Assembly: GCF_037042905.1 (NCBI RefSeq)
Contig: NC_087252.1
Coordinates: forward strand, 1,118,001-1,182,000
From: Lytechinus pictus
Lineage: Eukaryota
Direction: 5' to 3'
DNA length: 64,000 nucleotides
Below, in pieces: positions 51,245-64,000 of this stretch. The notes under the pieces were generated by a model. That model did no database searches. It was not told the origin of the DNA and was given only the letters and a program-made list of their open reading frames with translations. The stretch's first letter is position 1. Each line of letters starts with the position of its first letter. The position numbers and the translations under genes are program-made.

Positions 51245-52419
51245 TAAGAACCAGCCACAGCACATAGTAAATCTAGTCTTCCTACTTCAGACTCTGCATT
51301 ATGCACTATACCAATTGCGAAAACAAGGGTCTGTGTCTGCAGACTATTAGCAAGTTTAGCCATGATGGTGTTAAATAATCTGATAAACAGACCTGTAAGT
51401 AGTCCAAGTCGGCTTCATCTCACCCACTGGTGTCCGTTTGAAGTATTTTTCTACAGTATCCCAAATGTGGCCTTCAGTCCATGTCTTCCTCACCCCCCCC
51501 CCCCCCCCCCCCACCCATCCCCTTGCTCTTACTCTTTCGCAATCACTCCGAACTTTTCGCATTAACTACGGGGAAACTCTCCAACGCATCAATTCCTTCG
51601 AAAATGCAAGTCAAATCACAATGGAGAGCTGAGAGGCTTTTGTTGAAAATTGGTGGACCGGGACAGCATCTAAATCTCTTGACTCTGGACAACAAAATAT
51701 TTGCAATTGTTCGTCCGTTGCAAATCTTTGGATGATCTGCTGTCCCAGTCCACCAACTTTCGACAAAAACCTCTCAGCTCTTCATTGTGATTTTAATTGC
51801 ATTTTCAAAGGAATCGATGCGTTGTAGAGAGTTTCAAATGCGAAAACTTTATCAATCCTCTATTTCACTTTCTTTTTATTTGTGAAATTCTCTTTCTCTG
51901 CCCCCTCCTTTCTCTCGTTTTCTTTTCTCCCAGCATCTTCCGCATCTTCTATTTCTATTGGTTCAATATTTTACCACCTCAATATTACAGCGTCTTTATT
52001 CCAAGATTATCAAACAAAAAAAATTGATCATTATTCAGCATAAAAGAATAAACTTTTATTTACATCAGGTCCAATAATTTTCATTTTGTCCATTGTATAG
52101 TATGCAGCTTTTATATAAATCGATGGTTAATGCCTTCTAAAATATGACCCCAAAGGGATTCCTTTTTATAATTGCCGTAGAGTAAGCAAAAGGCAACCTT
52201 ACGTGGAATAATTGCATAAGTTGAAGCAATTTGTTCAGTCCGAAATGAACAAAACATCTCGTATAAACACAAGATTATTTTAGCTCATACGTCGAAATGA
52301 TATTTGTTTCCCCAAGGGATTCGACTTCATACTTCGCTTTCAAGTTTTTCATATATTTGCCTCGTGCCCTCTACGTCAGGTATAATAAAGCAATGATACC
52401 GTTCATGATTCAGCAACTG

Positions 52420-52653
52420 CACTGCAAAAACTCAGGTGTTGATTTAACACAAGCCCGGAATCTAGTATATATGTCCACATCAAGGGAGTGTTAAACAGCA
52501 ACAGTTTCGTTTTGGTCTAACACCAGAAAGGTGTTCATACAACACCAATTAGTATCGGTTTGAATCCAGACTGGTGTTGTTTCAATACTTCTCTGGTGTA
52601 GACATATATAGATTCCGGGCTGGTGTTAAATCAACACCGGGGTTTTTGCAGTG
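52420..52653. mobile_element. CACTG-terminal (CMC/EnSpm-like) palindromic MITE
   Basis: cactgcaaaaac...gtttttgcagtg with long inverted arms and a 2-bp TG duplication. Confidence 0.85.
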
Positions 52654-53127
52654 TGCTACAGGTCACATGGGCCTATTAACAATAGGAAGGCAAAATATAT
52701 TCATTCGAGCCAACCCATTTTCATTTTTGTATATAGCTAATTGACAAAGTGTTCGAATATGATTGTCCATCTAACATTGATTCCATGGACGGTAACTACT
52801 GAAATTTCTTTTCACAAAGTGGGAAGAAATATCACCAAGTTTGGAACTAAATATAACTGGCGGAAGGATTAGGGCTATTTTACTGTAAGTTTCAGGTGAT
52901 GAATTTGATCCATCAGGAGATGTCCTAATAAATGCCGATTTATTTTGTTTTAAATGAGCTGGTCGACGGACCCTTTTCTGGTCAGATATGGATTGTCAGA
53001 CATCCACTGGTAGTAAACATTCGACCCCCGAATTTAATCCTTATTTTTTATGATTTTAACACACAAATCTATGGGAAATGTTTTATTCCGTTGAAACCTC
53101 AGCAACTGCTACAGCTCTTAAAATCCG

Positions 53128-53267
53128 TCATGTAGGGTTCTGTGTATTCTCCTGAAACTTTGGTTTAATAAAGCGTGGAGGACTCATGCTGAAGAATAGA
53201 ACGCCCTCTATGGACAGGAGGAATATGAAAGATATTCTGTAGCTACCCGTTATGTCCGCAAGCATTC
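53128..53267 (-). CDS. Gene C terminal exon, TM12 (GMLADITGSYRISFIFLLSIEGVLFFSM...NPT-stop)
   Basis: Long polypyrimidine tract + gacag acceptor; G.L.D.TGSY SLC16 motif. Joined CDS is 1659 nt = 552 aa + stop. Confidence 0.9.
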
Positions 53268-53802
53268 CTGTCGGAGAAGAGAAAACGAAAGAAATAAAAT
53301 GTCATTGCAATCGAAATGTTATTTGATCTTGGAACTAAGAAAATACAGTAGCTCAGCTTCAGGTCGATCTTACATGGGAAGATAGGCAAAAGTCAAATCG
53401 AAGATTTTTTTTTCTTTAACATCGTATTTCAGTGGGCTTAAAGGTAGGCCTATTGCCTGAAGGAAATACAAGTGCTATATTTCAGGTAGCTTACCAGTTG
53501 GTCAACATCCACCTTGAATACTTTCCCTTGGATTTGGTCTCGTCCAACATAGTCTAATCTTAGTTCCGTCTACAACAATTTGGGCTAATATCCTCATGGT
53601 CTGACATCACTCAGTATATAGATGGTTACAAGAATACTGTTTGTGAACCAAATTTTCATTTGACAGAGTAAAAGGTTATACTGAGACGAACCGGAAATTA
53701 CATCAAATGGGCTAGACCGAGTGTAGGGTAGACAAATCAGCCATTCGAGCAAATTGACAGAAATGGATTTATCCCCTGAGATGCTAGGTAGTTTTCGCTT
53801 TT

Positions 53803-54081
53803 ACTACGGGGAAACTTTCTACAACGCATCGATTTCTTTGAAACTACAATTAAAATCACAGTGGAGAGCTGAAAGGCTTTTGTCGAAAGTTGGTGGACCG
53901 GGACAGCAGATCAGTCGAAGATTGCACTGGATGAACAATTGCAAATATGTCGTTGTCCGGAGTCAAGAACTTCCCAACTTGTCCCTGTCCACCAAATTTC
54001 GTCAAAAGCCTCTCAGCTCTCCATTGTCATTTGACTTGCATTTTCAAAGGAATTGGTGTGTTGTAGAGAGTTTCCCCGTAG
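53803..54081. mobile_element. TA-flanked MITE; 3'-truncated second copy at about 51564-51836
   Basis: ctacggggaaact ... agtttccccgtag TIR. The two copies align co-linearly. Confidence 0.75.
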
Positions 54082-54167
54082 TAAATGCGGAAATTGTGGA
54101 TTATGACTATCTAAAAATCATACCACTACTTGTAGACCGAATGAAAATAAACTGTTGTACTACATAC

Positions 54168-55343
54168 CTGTAAGGTAAGTTCCGAATAGTGCACCTATTC
54201 CAAAAGCAATCTGTATCACGGCAAAGACTTGCGGAAAGGCCGAGCGAGGTGTTCGTTCCTTTGAGACGTAAATCATGAACATGTTCTCTTCGTTGATGGC
54301 AAATGACGTAATGAATGATGTAACAATCATGACAGGAAAGCTGGAGAAGTAGATGTCCGCAAGCATCGATGCAACATTGGCTATTCTGAATAGAAAGAAG
54401 AGATCATAGGCGGAGATGCATCGAGGACCCAGAAGGACACCACTTAAGATGCGAGAAACGAAACAAGCAATGGACGTGGAGTACAGAAGACAGTTCAACG
54501 CATAGATGGACTTTCCTTGGCTCTGGGCTCGCGGTATAAAGAAGGAGTGCCAACCTCCGTGTACCATGGCAACTAATGAATTTGAAATCACCAGGACGAT
54601 GAGGCATTTGTCCTGGATGTAGATGGAGTTCTTCAAAGCTTGACGAACTCTGTTAAAGGGGAGCTGTCCAGTTTTATATGAAGATGAATGGTCGTTGTTC
54701 TTTGACCTGCACAGGTTGTTCTTTTCTTCTTGATGTTGCTCTCTGGTTTGGGGTTGACTGATTTCCATCAGTGAGCATAATTCACTAGATCCATCTCCAT
54801 TGTCTCCTTGGGATGTTGTTACAGTGGCTGGAGGAGGGATATCTTTTGATGATCCCTCATGGTGTCGACACAATGTTCCATAGGGTTCTTTGTCATCAGG
54901 TTGAACTGCCTCAGAGAACTGTCTTTGATGGTGTCCCGAATTATGCACAGCGGGTGCACTCTCCGAAACCTTTACGATATTTGTCACTTCTGATGGACAT
55001 TTATTAATCAAGCCGTCAATCATGTCCTTATCCTCGAAAGACGTTTCTTCAGAATGGCTCTGCCATTTGGATGAATCCGAAGGTCCTTCCGTTTTTGACT
55101 TGTCGCGAATAGTTGTATCTACCATCATGGTGAGAGGTATAATATTAGAGGTGATCGCCCCCATGATCAGCATGGCGCCCCTCCAGCCATAGACATCCAT
55201 CAGGTAGGCTGCAAGTAAAGGACTAACCAGCATCCCAAAGGCATAACCTGACTTGCTGATGCCGAAAAGGGTGTGGAAATGGTCATGGGCGTGTACGTCC
55301 AAACAGATCACCAGACACTGAGATAGAATATTTCCACCTAGAC
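54168..55343 (-). CDS. Gene C exon 3, TM4-11 with a large hydrophilic central loop
   Basis: ORF 54160..55356 with the YGWRGAMLIMG SLC16 motif. acag acceptor, G|gtatgt donor, 1176 nt, phase 1-1. Confidence 0.92.
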
Positions 55344-55995
55344 CTGTATTGGTCAAACAATTAAGATTGTTGTTTTGATTTTGTAGATGATCATATGGTG
55401 AAATAACATGATGAGATGGTCAACATAGCAAAGATTGTGGTAAGGATGAGAGAGTCTACTGTGATAATAAGGAGGAGGAGGATGATGGTATTGATGACGA
55501 CGACGATGATGATGATGTGGATGAAGACTATAAACATAGTAATCATTATCATGATCATTTCTATCTCTATAGCAAGTATCGTAATAATCATAATTTCCAT
55601 CAATGTCACTATCATAGTCATCACAACTGTCAACATAATTATCAACTTCATCATCAAAACGGTAATTCATTGTTATTACTGTCATCGCCATTATCTTCCT
55701 CGCTTTGACCTTTGTCATCATCATTATCATCACATCACCACCAACACCACCCATACTGTCATCGTCATCATGATCATCCCCTTCGGCATGAAAATGAGAT
55801 CTGGGGCCTTTCGTGATCAATTTCAGTATTGTAACTAATGGTAACTTTGCCATCCAATGGTAAATACCAGGGTAACAGTGACCAACAGCCATTCAAATCA
55901 AGGATTCCATGCAAGTTACCATTGCAATGCAAAATGACCATAATATGGTAACCCAAATACAAGTACATTAGTAGCTTATAATTAGCCGTACTAAC

Positions 55996-56139
55996 CTGCA
56001 AAGGATAGACAGACAGCCAGTTCAATGTTATTGGTCACTGTGGAACTTAGAAGAAGACCCAACGGTGCTAAAACAGATCCTGTGATGAGTAGAGGGCGTC
56101 TTAACCAAGCGTAGCTGTAAAGACTTGCCACTACCGGTC
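55996..56139 (-). CDS. Gene C exon 2, TM3-4 (GPVVASLYSYAWLRRPLLITGSVLAPLGLLLSS...)
   Basis: atcatag acceptor, G|gttagt donor, 144 nt, phase 1-1. Confidence 0.85.
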
Positions 56140-57291
56140 CTATGATATTCAACAGAAGAACAACAGTCAAAGTTTTAATTAACAGTGATTATTATATGCG
56201 CCTGCATGGCTAGAAAGCCGAGGTCATAGCAAAGGGCCCAAGGCTACGCAATTAAGGCTTTCATGCCTCTGATGCCAGGGACTTTTGATCTCCAAGACCA
56301 AAACCAAGGATTTTAGACTTTCGAGGCCAAAGACCAGACATCCATGACCAACAATGACTATTTAAAACAAAAACAAACTCCCGTACTTGCAGAAAATGGC
56401 CATTTAAGGACGTTCCACAGTTAAAGTGAAATCCATGTCATTTTCACCAAACTTTGCATATTGATACTTTAGAACCTTAATATTCGAAATATGCAAAAAT
56501 TAATATAGATCCATGTGCTTGGTTTTTTGCCATAAAACTTCAAAGTTCACCCAAATTGATGTTCTTAACAATTGCGCATTCAAAAGAATTTGGCATTTTT
56601 AGACCGCCCAAGATTACTACAATGAGTTTAAACCTCTATTACTCAGTCAAAATACATGAAAAAGTAAATAATTGTATCGTTAGAATGGAGAATCTATTTA
56701 TAGTGCTATTTGTTTGCAATTTTAAGTTTAACAGCACTGTCAGATCTTAAAAATGTCGTAAAAGATAACAAAATCCCAATCTAAAAAATGTAAAATTTCA
56801 GTAACAAACTACAAACGTACAATAAATGCTGCACTTTATTCAAAATCCATGTCATTTTCACCAAAATTTGCAGAGTTGTAGAGGAAGGTATACCTAAGAG
56901 GTACAAACATTAAAAAATATGGGTTCATGTGCTTGTTTTTAAACTATCAGCATTTTTATTAGAGCAAATGTGCTTTTGAAAACACCAAAAATGCGCCGAA
57001 TGCTTAGTATCTATGTGAAGAAAAAATCAAAACCACTCTGCCATTTATTTAAACTCGGGGTAATATTCGTGATTCTTGGCAGCACTGCAGAGTAAAGTAT
57101 TTTGAAATTGTAGAGAATATTTTTTTGAATGGTCCATGGAATAATTCAATTTTTTAGCTACATGAAATATCGCATCGGATCTGCAGTTAAATGCAGAAGA
57201 TGATAAAAAATCAGCTCATACCCGCAGCTAATTAATCACCTGTTCATCCATTGTGACGTCAGCGCGCAGAGTATAAACCTTTGGTGTAAAC

Positions 57292-58476
57292 CAACGAACG
57301 TAGAGGTCAGCAACACACAAGCGTGTTGCTATAAGGAAGGTCAACTCGATACGCGCATGCAGCTGAGCTGCGCGCGTATTTTATTGTTCATGCCAACGAA
57401 ATCAAATGCCGATCCAATACAACAACAAATTAGTAGCGATCAAAAAACGAATATGAAAGAATATGACTACAACAATATCAAAGATAACTTAAAAAATATG
57501 TTGAGGAATATACATACATATAAAAACATACTTTGATATTTAAAACTTTACAAATATAAGTTTCAGGAAACTAAAATCATAACCAAATCGGTGATTGTTG
57601 TTATCAGCGATTTCACCAGACGGCTGTATTAGGTGATTTGCGTCGAGACGATTTTGTGACCACTCGCAAAGCATTTCGGGATTGAATATAACCACCTTAT
57701 TTTCTCTGAGCTCTTCGCTGAACCCATCATCACAGTGCAGCTGCAGCGCAGCGCGCAGCCAATGCAATGCATCCGATGCATGGGTTGTTTTATCGCCGTC
57801 CATGCCAAGGTCTCGGACTCAGAGTTGAAATTTAGACCCGGATTTCGGGGATACAGCGCCTTTATTTCAGATTTATAGACTTAAAAGTCAAATGACATTT
57901 AAAATTTGAAATCTAACCTTGAACAATCATCGTTGATAAACATCAGCCCTGAAGCCATTACACTTCAAATCAGGCCAGGCAAATTAGACGTCATTGTCTA
58001 AGTTGCTAGATCTATGACGAGTCGCCTGAAGCCCCAGCGCATCATCAACGTCACTAGCTAGCTGCGCGACCGGCCCAGACTCGGCGCACCCAGGCCAGAA
58101 AAATGACCTCGATTATTACGGTGGTTGTCTATGCATTTATTAGTGGTGCAGCGAAATTCAGCAGAAGAAAATAAGAGATATGAGGTATCCTCGTCACAGG
58201 CTTAATATTCCAAAATGAGGAAAAATGTCAAAATCATGATTATTTAAGCTAAATATTTTCTTTAAAAATGTAAGTAATATTTTTAATATTTATACTCAGA
58301 ATAACCGATCTAATAATTGTTCATTAAAAAATATTTGAAATTAACAAATGAAAAAAAATCAACTCGACAAATTTCCCAAAACCCCACCTTATTTTTTAAA
58401 GTGGTCACAAAATTCGAGCGGAGTTGACCTTCCTTAGAGCAACACGCTTGTGTGTTGCTGCCCTCTACGTTCGTTG
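57292..58476. mobile_element. Non-autonomous DNA transposon with ~57-bp TIR and 8-bp TSD (P- or hAT-like)
   Basis: GTGTAAAC|caacgaacgtagagg... / ...cctctacgttcgttg|GTGTAAAC. It appears to be inserted in an older element starting about 56406. Confidence 0.85.
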
Positions 58477-58539
58477 GTGTAAACTATGCGTAGATCATAA
58501 TGCGCACAAAGAAAACCCACATTGCAAAGCGCTACTCAG

Positions 58540-59566
58540 GGGAGCGTTTCATGAAAGGACTTGTCAGACGTTTTATCCGACAAGTCCCATTTTATCCGAC
58601 AGTTGCCATAGTAACAGTGCTTCTTAGCCAATCAACATAAGGAAAGATGTCAGATCTGACAACTTGTCGGACAAAAATGTTGATGAAACACTCCCCAGGT
58701 CTACGTTGCGCATGGATGAAAAATAACACATTGAAGAGTCCTTCTGGAATTACCTTCTTACTTGAACACGAAAATTACAAAATTCATCGGAATAATCTGG
58801 CTAGAAAGGAGACAGTGCCGTGCAGAGTGTTCACATAGAACGTGGACATGTGTTTCACCCTCTTGAGATGCTCTGTTAAAATGTCATGATGTGAAGAAAA
58901 TTACCCTGTTGTTCATAATTCTCCACACTGCAACCGCAAGGGTTGACATGGGACTTAGTTTTCTTTCAAGCAGGGAACTGTGGGCCTATTATTCTACCAA
59001 ACTTTTAAAAAGAATGAATGGAAGCATCTTGACTTACCCGGTCCGAACGTGAACGCATTGAATAAGCCCAGCGAAATGCCAATGTCTGCAGATGATATCC
59101 CCAAGGTGTCTTTGAACTCTGAGAAGAAGACACCGACCGATGTAACAGTGCCGAGAACGAAACAGGTCTGTACGAACAAGACAATAACCACCCAACCAGT
59201 GGCCATGTTCATCGACTGAAGCAATGAGGAGGCCATCGTCACCTTTATTTTGCTTCCTTGTTGCAGAATCGGTTGTAGGTCCAGGTCCCGCGGTATTCTT
59301 GAAAATAGAGAAGATATGAATTAAAATTTGTGTTTAGAATCTTTATAGGGATGGGAAGTACACGATTAAATTGCAACATGTCGTTCACAAATTGCAACTA
59401 CAGTCCTGGGGAGCGTTTCATCAATATTTTTATCCGACAAGTTGTCAGATCTGACATCTTTCCATGATTTTGATTGGCTGAGAGGAACTTTTCCTATGGT
59501 AACTGTCGGATAAAATGAGATTTGTCGGATAAAACGTCCGACAAGTCCTTTCATGAAACGCCCCCC
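58540..59566. mobile_element. Two ~155-bp MITE copies (58540-58696, 59408-59566) in opposite orientation
   Basis: gggagcgtttcat/atgaaac(a/g)c(t/c)ccc TIRs. The bodies are reverse complements of each other. Confidence 0.8.
59038..59236 (-). CDS. Gene C (SLC16/monocarboxylate transporter family MFS) first coding exon, TM1-2
   Basis: MASSLLQSMNMATGWVVIVLF...SVGVFFSEFKDTLGISSA resembles the SLC16 N-terminus. G|gtaagt donor. An upstream acceptor near 59297 makes the start codon uncertain. Confidence 0.85.
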
Positions 59567-60110
59567 AGGTAAAAGTTATGGAAAGGGTGGCATGCGGTGT
59601 GATCGAGGTCCCCTCTTTTCTCGAAATTCTTCATCAATGGGCGGGCCATATAATGATTCATGATTTTTTTTATTCATGATAGCCTCGTAAAGGATGAGGA
59701 AAAAAGAGAACGAGAATAAAGAGGGATACACATGATATAATTGTCTGCAGAGTAATAATATGACGATTCGTGTTTATGATGCTTTAAGATATATTGCTGC
59801 AAAATGCCGTTACTGATTCAAGTAAAAGGGATCTGATAAGTGCTTATGTATAAATTGGTGATACGTTAGGACGATTGGATACTATTTCCTATAGTATGGT
59901 GGAATTGTCTTTAATGATGTATACTTATGGTTGTGTAATGAACGTTTATAGGTTATGGGATTAAAGTCCGTACATTTCGTAGATATAGCTTAAAGAATGA
60001 TCGTATGTACAAAGATTATTCATAATTTTGATGTTATAACTTCTCGGTAAATCATTTTATCGTTAACTAGAAAGTCCTATATCCATGGTAACTCGTGCTT
60101 TGTATCGTAG

Positions 60111-60340
60111 CAGTGCCGTACCTACGATTTTCCAGAAGGGGGGGGGGCAAATTTGTTGGAGGATATTTCGCCCGCCAAAATATTTGACAAGCAAAGAACA
60201 AAAAAATCTTCAAGTTCAAAAGAGCGGCCACTTCTGGCTCATGGCTCGTCAGGGATCAGTTATTACTTGTCGGGAGTTGGGGGCAGGGGTACGTCCTTTG
60301 CATGACTCGTCCCCCCCCCCCCCCCATAGGTACGCTAATG
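60111..60340. mobile_element. hAT-type MITE, same family as 2048-2325
   Basis: Shared internal sequence (gattttcca...gggggcaaattt...ggaggatatt...ctcgtcaggg). 8-bp TSD TATCGTAG. Confidence 0.85.
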
Positions 60341-62534
60341 TATCGTAGTGAATAAAGTAAAAGGAAGATCGGAGGTGATACATTTTCGTAAGACTCCTGC
60401 CTTATTTCTTGTTTATGTGTTCGTATGACAGACGTGGTTGTGCTCGGTAATGATAAAAATGATGCTGATGATTGAAATAACGGTGATAATGTTGACGATG
60501 ATAATGTTTGAAATAATTGTGAGATGTTGATATGATACTGCTGTGAAAGATAATAAGCCCGTTCGTAGTTCCACTCTGCGCATGATCTGAAGATTCTGCG
60601 CATGATCAGAGGAAGTTCATTTGTACTTAAGTGACACGGTGGTTTGAAATTTAATGAGATAAGCACCAACTACATGTCTCGATTATTCATATATTCTTTT
60701 TAATTGTGTTTTTCATTTACATCTCTAAAAATACAACAATGCGTTCACAAACGACTGGTATTTCACGGTTGCCAAGTACATTGTACAACATGCTATATAA
60801 TTATGCATTCAAAGTAGAAATGCAATTGATACCGTCATAGATTGTTAATTGATGTGATATTCTAGTCACCTGGTCCATTCAATTTCTTCATCCCGCTATG
60901 TAAGGCATGCATACGCAATATCTTGCTTTGAAATCTGCCTATCTTAATGAAAAAAATGAAAGGTCATTTGACCAAAATTGTTCATGAAGTAACTACGAAC
61001 TGGTCTATAGCGCTGATTTTGATGATGCTAATGTTTGAAATAGGGCCTACGTATGAAGGGTATATTCATTAGCTAGGTTAGGGTAAAATCCATTTATTTA
61101 GGGTCAGGGTAAAGTCTATTTCATTAGGGTCAGGGTAAAGTCAATTTCGATGTGAATGTGTGTGTTTGAAATATGTAAAGGGTAAAGTCCATTTCATTAG
61201 GGTAAGTCCAGACAGTCAAACTAATTATAAAAAAAAAACATCCATTCGCTCGTGTACAAAAAATACCCTACTACTTTTTTCTAAGTCCGCTATAACTTTC
61301 TCCTAATAAAAGATATCCCATTCACTCTTGTACAAAAAATATCCATCAGAATTGTTTGAAGTCCACAATGCCTTTCTCGTAATAAACTCTGCCTCATTCA
61401 CTCGTGTACTAATTCAAAACGTGTGTACTACTTATGGGATGCCCATGTTGAGTCGAACACAATGAAATAAAGACAAACTTGTGAGTTCTTGAATGACGAC
61501 AACAATTAAAATTGTATCTATAATACCAAGAGGTCTGGCATTTTGATTTATTCAAAATATGAAATGATGCGATAAAACACAATAAAATATTGGGTTGTAT
61601 TATGGTACTGACAATACAATATGCATGATTGGTCTTGGTTATATACATGCTATATACGGGTCGCTAATACCACGAGTACAGTGCATTTCTTACTAAATGC
61701 CTTTAGCTCACAGATTAAGTACTAGCTCACCCATAAAATTCAACGGTTGAATTCGTATTATTTGTACAATCAATGTTTACGCCACTAGCGTACCTACGGG
61801 GGGGGGGGACAGATGGGGCAGACCACCCCCCCCCCTCTATATTCAGTTGGGTTTAACGGTTTAAAGTTTAATGGTGAACCCGAGCACAAATCACAAATAG
61901 GCCTAATCACTCCTTTGTGGTGAGTGTTGAATGTAGATAACAACAATACAATGTTCGGCGAGCTCAGAGAAACAAATTATATGAAATGTAATATTTCGTC
62001 ACCTTACTTAATAAAACTAAAACATGACAGAACTTGAACATTCAAAATATATACTTTTTTCTGGTGGGTTGACCAAGGAGATATCACTCCTTGGGTTGAC
62101 AAACCTTTGAGTACCACTGTACATGTAATAAATATACATGTATATAAGCGTACCACAGACACATTTTCGTGCCAATATTGCACTTGTTATACAATCGCAA
62201 TAATTCATTTTTCTTATGCAGGCTTACGAGTGGATCAAAATTAGGTTAATTTCCCGACGAGGGGCACTCGGCGGATTTTGAACGGGAAGGGGTATGCGCG
62301 GTCCCAAAGTCTGAAACCACACCCTTGCGGAACTGGACTTGCTTTGAAATGAGGAGCTTAAGAACAATATAGCCCTCTGCAAACGGGGGTGATTGGGGAC
62401 TGGAATTTAACATGAAGAGAACTTCAAGAACTGACTCAATTTGATGGGGGCGGGGAGAATGGTTTCGTCAATGAAAAAGGGTGAAAACGATCTCCCTGGT
62501 AGTTGCTTGCGAGCCGTGGAAAGGGGTCCTTTAA

Positions 62535-64000
62535 GCTGTGGCCACATCCCGTCGTACTTGCACGTGCGCGCAGTCTACGTGCGAAAACGTGGGCAAAAAT
62601 CGGGAAACTCGTACGTCACGCACGTGGTGAGTACCGACTCGGTACGGATTTGGCAGTGCGCAGACACGACGCAGAACTTTTAGTGCAGGAGGAACTTTCG
62701 CTGCGTGCAGGCTACGTTCGAGCTACGGATTTGCCCCACGTGCGCGCACGCACGCCCTCGGTACTGCAAAAGTACGCACAACGCACCGAATCCGTGAGAC
62801 TTTTTAGATATTCGCCGCGGCCACTTCCTGTACCGAAGGTGCACTTAGCAAGTGCGCGTTGCCGCACGGATAATTGCGTGACCCGTGCTACTCGGCACTT
62901 TCCCAATGTAATTATTCAAATGAACGTGAAGAACTCACGTGCTCGTGCGGAGTAAGCATGTGATCAGCACTTACAACGCACGTCGTGCTCAAATATAAAC
63001 AAGAAAACACAAAGTCATATTCTATTACCATGTTCCACATAATGACCTTATTCTTATTTATTCACACACTATATAATACATTAATTTCATGAACTATGTC
63101 TAAAGTTCATTATCATGAGTGCTTGAAGAGTTGTAGAATGTAAACAAATGCAATCGAATCGTGTATCATGAGTTCAAACAAAGACAGTGTATTAGTCCGC
63201 CAAATAAAACAAAAAAAGAATTAAAAAAAATGATTTTTCATAGATTTCTATGAAATGAGATAATGCTTATTACGAGTTCCTGCGTTCACACAACGAGATC
63301 CTGCCATTGATATATAGTCAATATCATACTGACTATATATCAATGGTGTAGATACTTTCAATGTTTCAGGAGTCACCGCGCCTTGGAACCTGGACTGAAA
63401 CTCGCCATCACTCTTCGCTTTTTGGCAACGGGAAGCAAGTCCATTGCGTATGACTTCCGGGTGGCACACAATCACACGTAGACAATTCCTTCTTTTTTCT
63501 AAAAGGAAAGGCAATCCCCCTCCCCATAATGGAGAATATAAGTTTTAATTGGCATTATAATTGGAGTTAGTTTTGCCCAAACCTTTCTAATAGTACATGG
63601 ACCTTTTCTATTCAAGAAGGATTGCTTCAAAACTGTCAATATTCTTTATTACAAAATTGAGGAGTTAGAAGTAGCGAATGAAATAATTGTTTATAACACG
63701 TCAAGTAATATTTGCCGTCCAAGTTATCGATGTTAATAAAGGTGCCACGTCTTGCTCATGCCCTGTCACTTGAAGCTGCTCTGCCAGTATCAAAAGTATT
63801 TGGAGTCTCTGTGGTAGAAGAGGCGGCATTTTGAAGGACGTCAGAAGATCAATCTCTATAAATATACCCCACCACATGGGGGGGGGGGGGGCTTACGTTC
63901 ATCGCAAGTGCATGCAGTTGCAACCTGCGCGTAAGTAAGAACGGCGTACGTGAGCAGCACGTGTAAGTACGGCCTCCATTCCAAAATGTGTCGAACGCAC
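62535..64000 (+). mobile_element. PIF/Harbinger element derivative with a transposase remnant (runs off the window end)
   Basis: 63377-63472 translates RALEPGLKLAITLRFLATGSKSIAYDFRVAHN, a Harbinger/HARBI1-type transposase motif. TAA|gctgtggccaca left end and GC-rich cacgt/gtac subterminal repeats on both sides. Confidence 0.75.

Noticed and set aside
55353..55892. 179-aa D/H/Y-rich ORF upstream of the large SLC16 exon
   Set aside because: A degenerate GAT/CAT intronic repeat. The SLC16 exons splice around it with consistent phases.
61070..61410. Short tandem repeats (agggtcagggtaaagtc; three ~70-bp cattcactcgtgtac units) as telomeric or regulatory arrays
   Set aside because: Few, degenerate copies, not true (TTAGGG)n, and no supporting context.
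62503..62955. 150-aa Arg/Ala-rich ORF
   Set aside because: It lies in GC-rich subterminal repeats of a Harbinger-like element and shows no recognisable domain or splice signals.

Overview
AT-rich, repeat-dense metazoan genomic DNA with GT-AG spliceosomal introns. The SINE/MITE content and G/C-run-flanked hAT elements suggest an invertebrate deuterostome, probably a sea urchin (inference only). Three intron-containing genes could be assembled by hand with consistent splice phases. (1) Minus strand, 681-11326, 5 exons, about 287 aa: a signal peptide, one TM helix and a disordered cytoplasmic tail rich in Tyr motifs (YVPM, YTCM, C-terminal YEN), resembling a transmembrane adaptor. (2) Plus strand, 25325-47064, 8 exons, about 434 aa: a secretory-pathway JmjC/cupin_8 2-oxoglutarate oxygenase with HxD...H, a C-terminal EF-hand and an HDEL ER-retention signal. 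(3) Minus strand, 53128-59236, 4 exons, about 552 aa: an SLC16/MCT-family MFS transporter. The most striking structure is a ~4.9 kb intronic array of about 64 copies of a 75/76-bp unit. The unit is an amplified copy of the 3' splice site plus the first ~32 nt of JmjC exon 4, so each copy is a decoy AG|GT acceptor leading to a stop or frameshift. Older degenerate junction copies also lie upstream of exon 5. The window also contains a ~5.9 kb fold-back element with nested insertions, Penelope-type minimal hammerhead-like motifs in inverted repeats, many DNA-transposon MITEs, SINEs, LINE tails and microsatellites. No prokaryotic features or CRISPR arrays were found.
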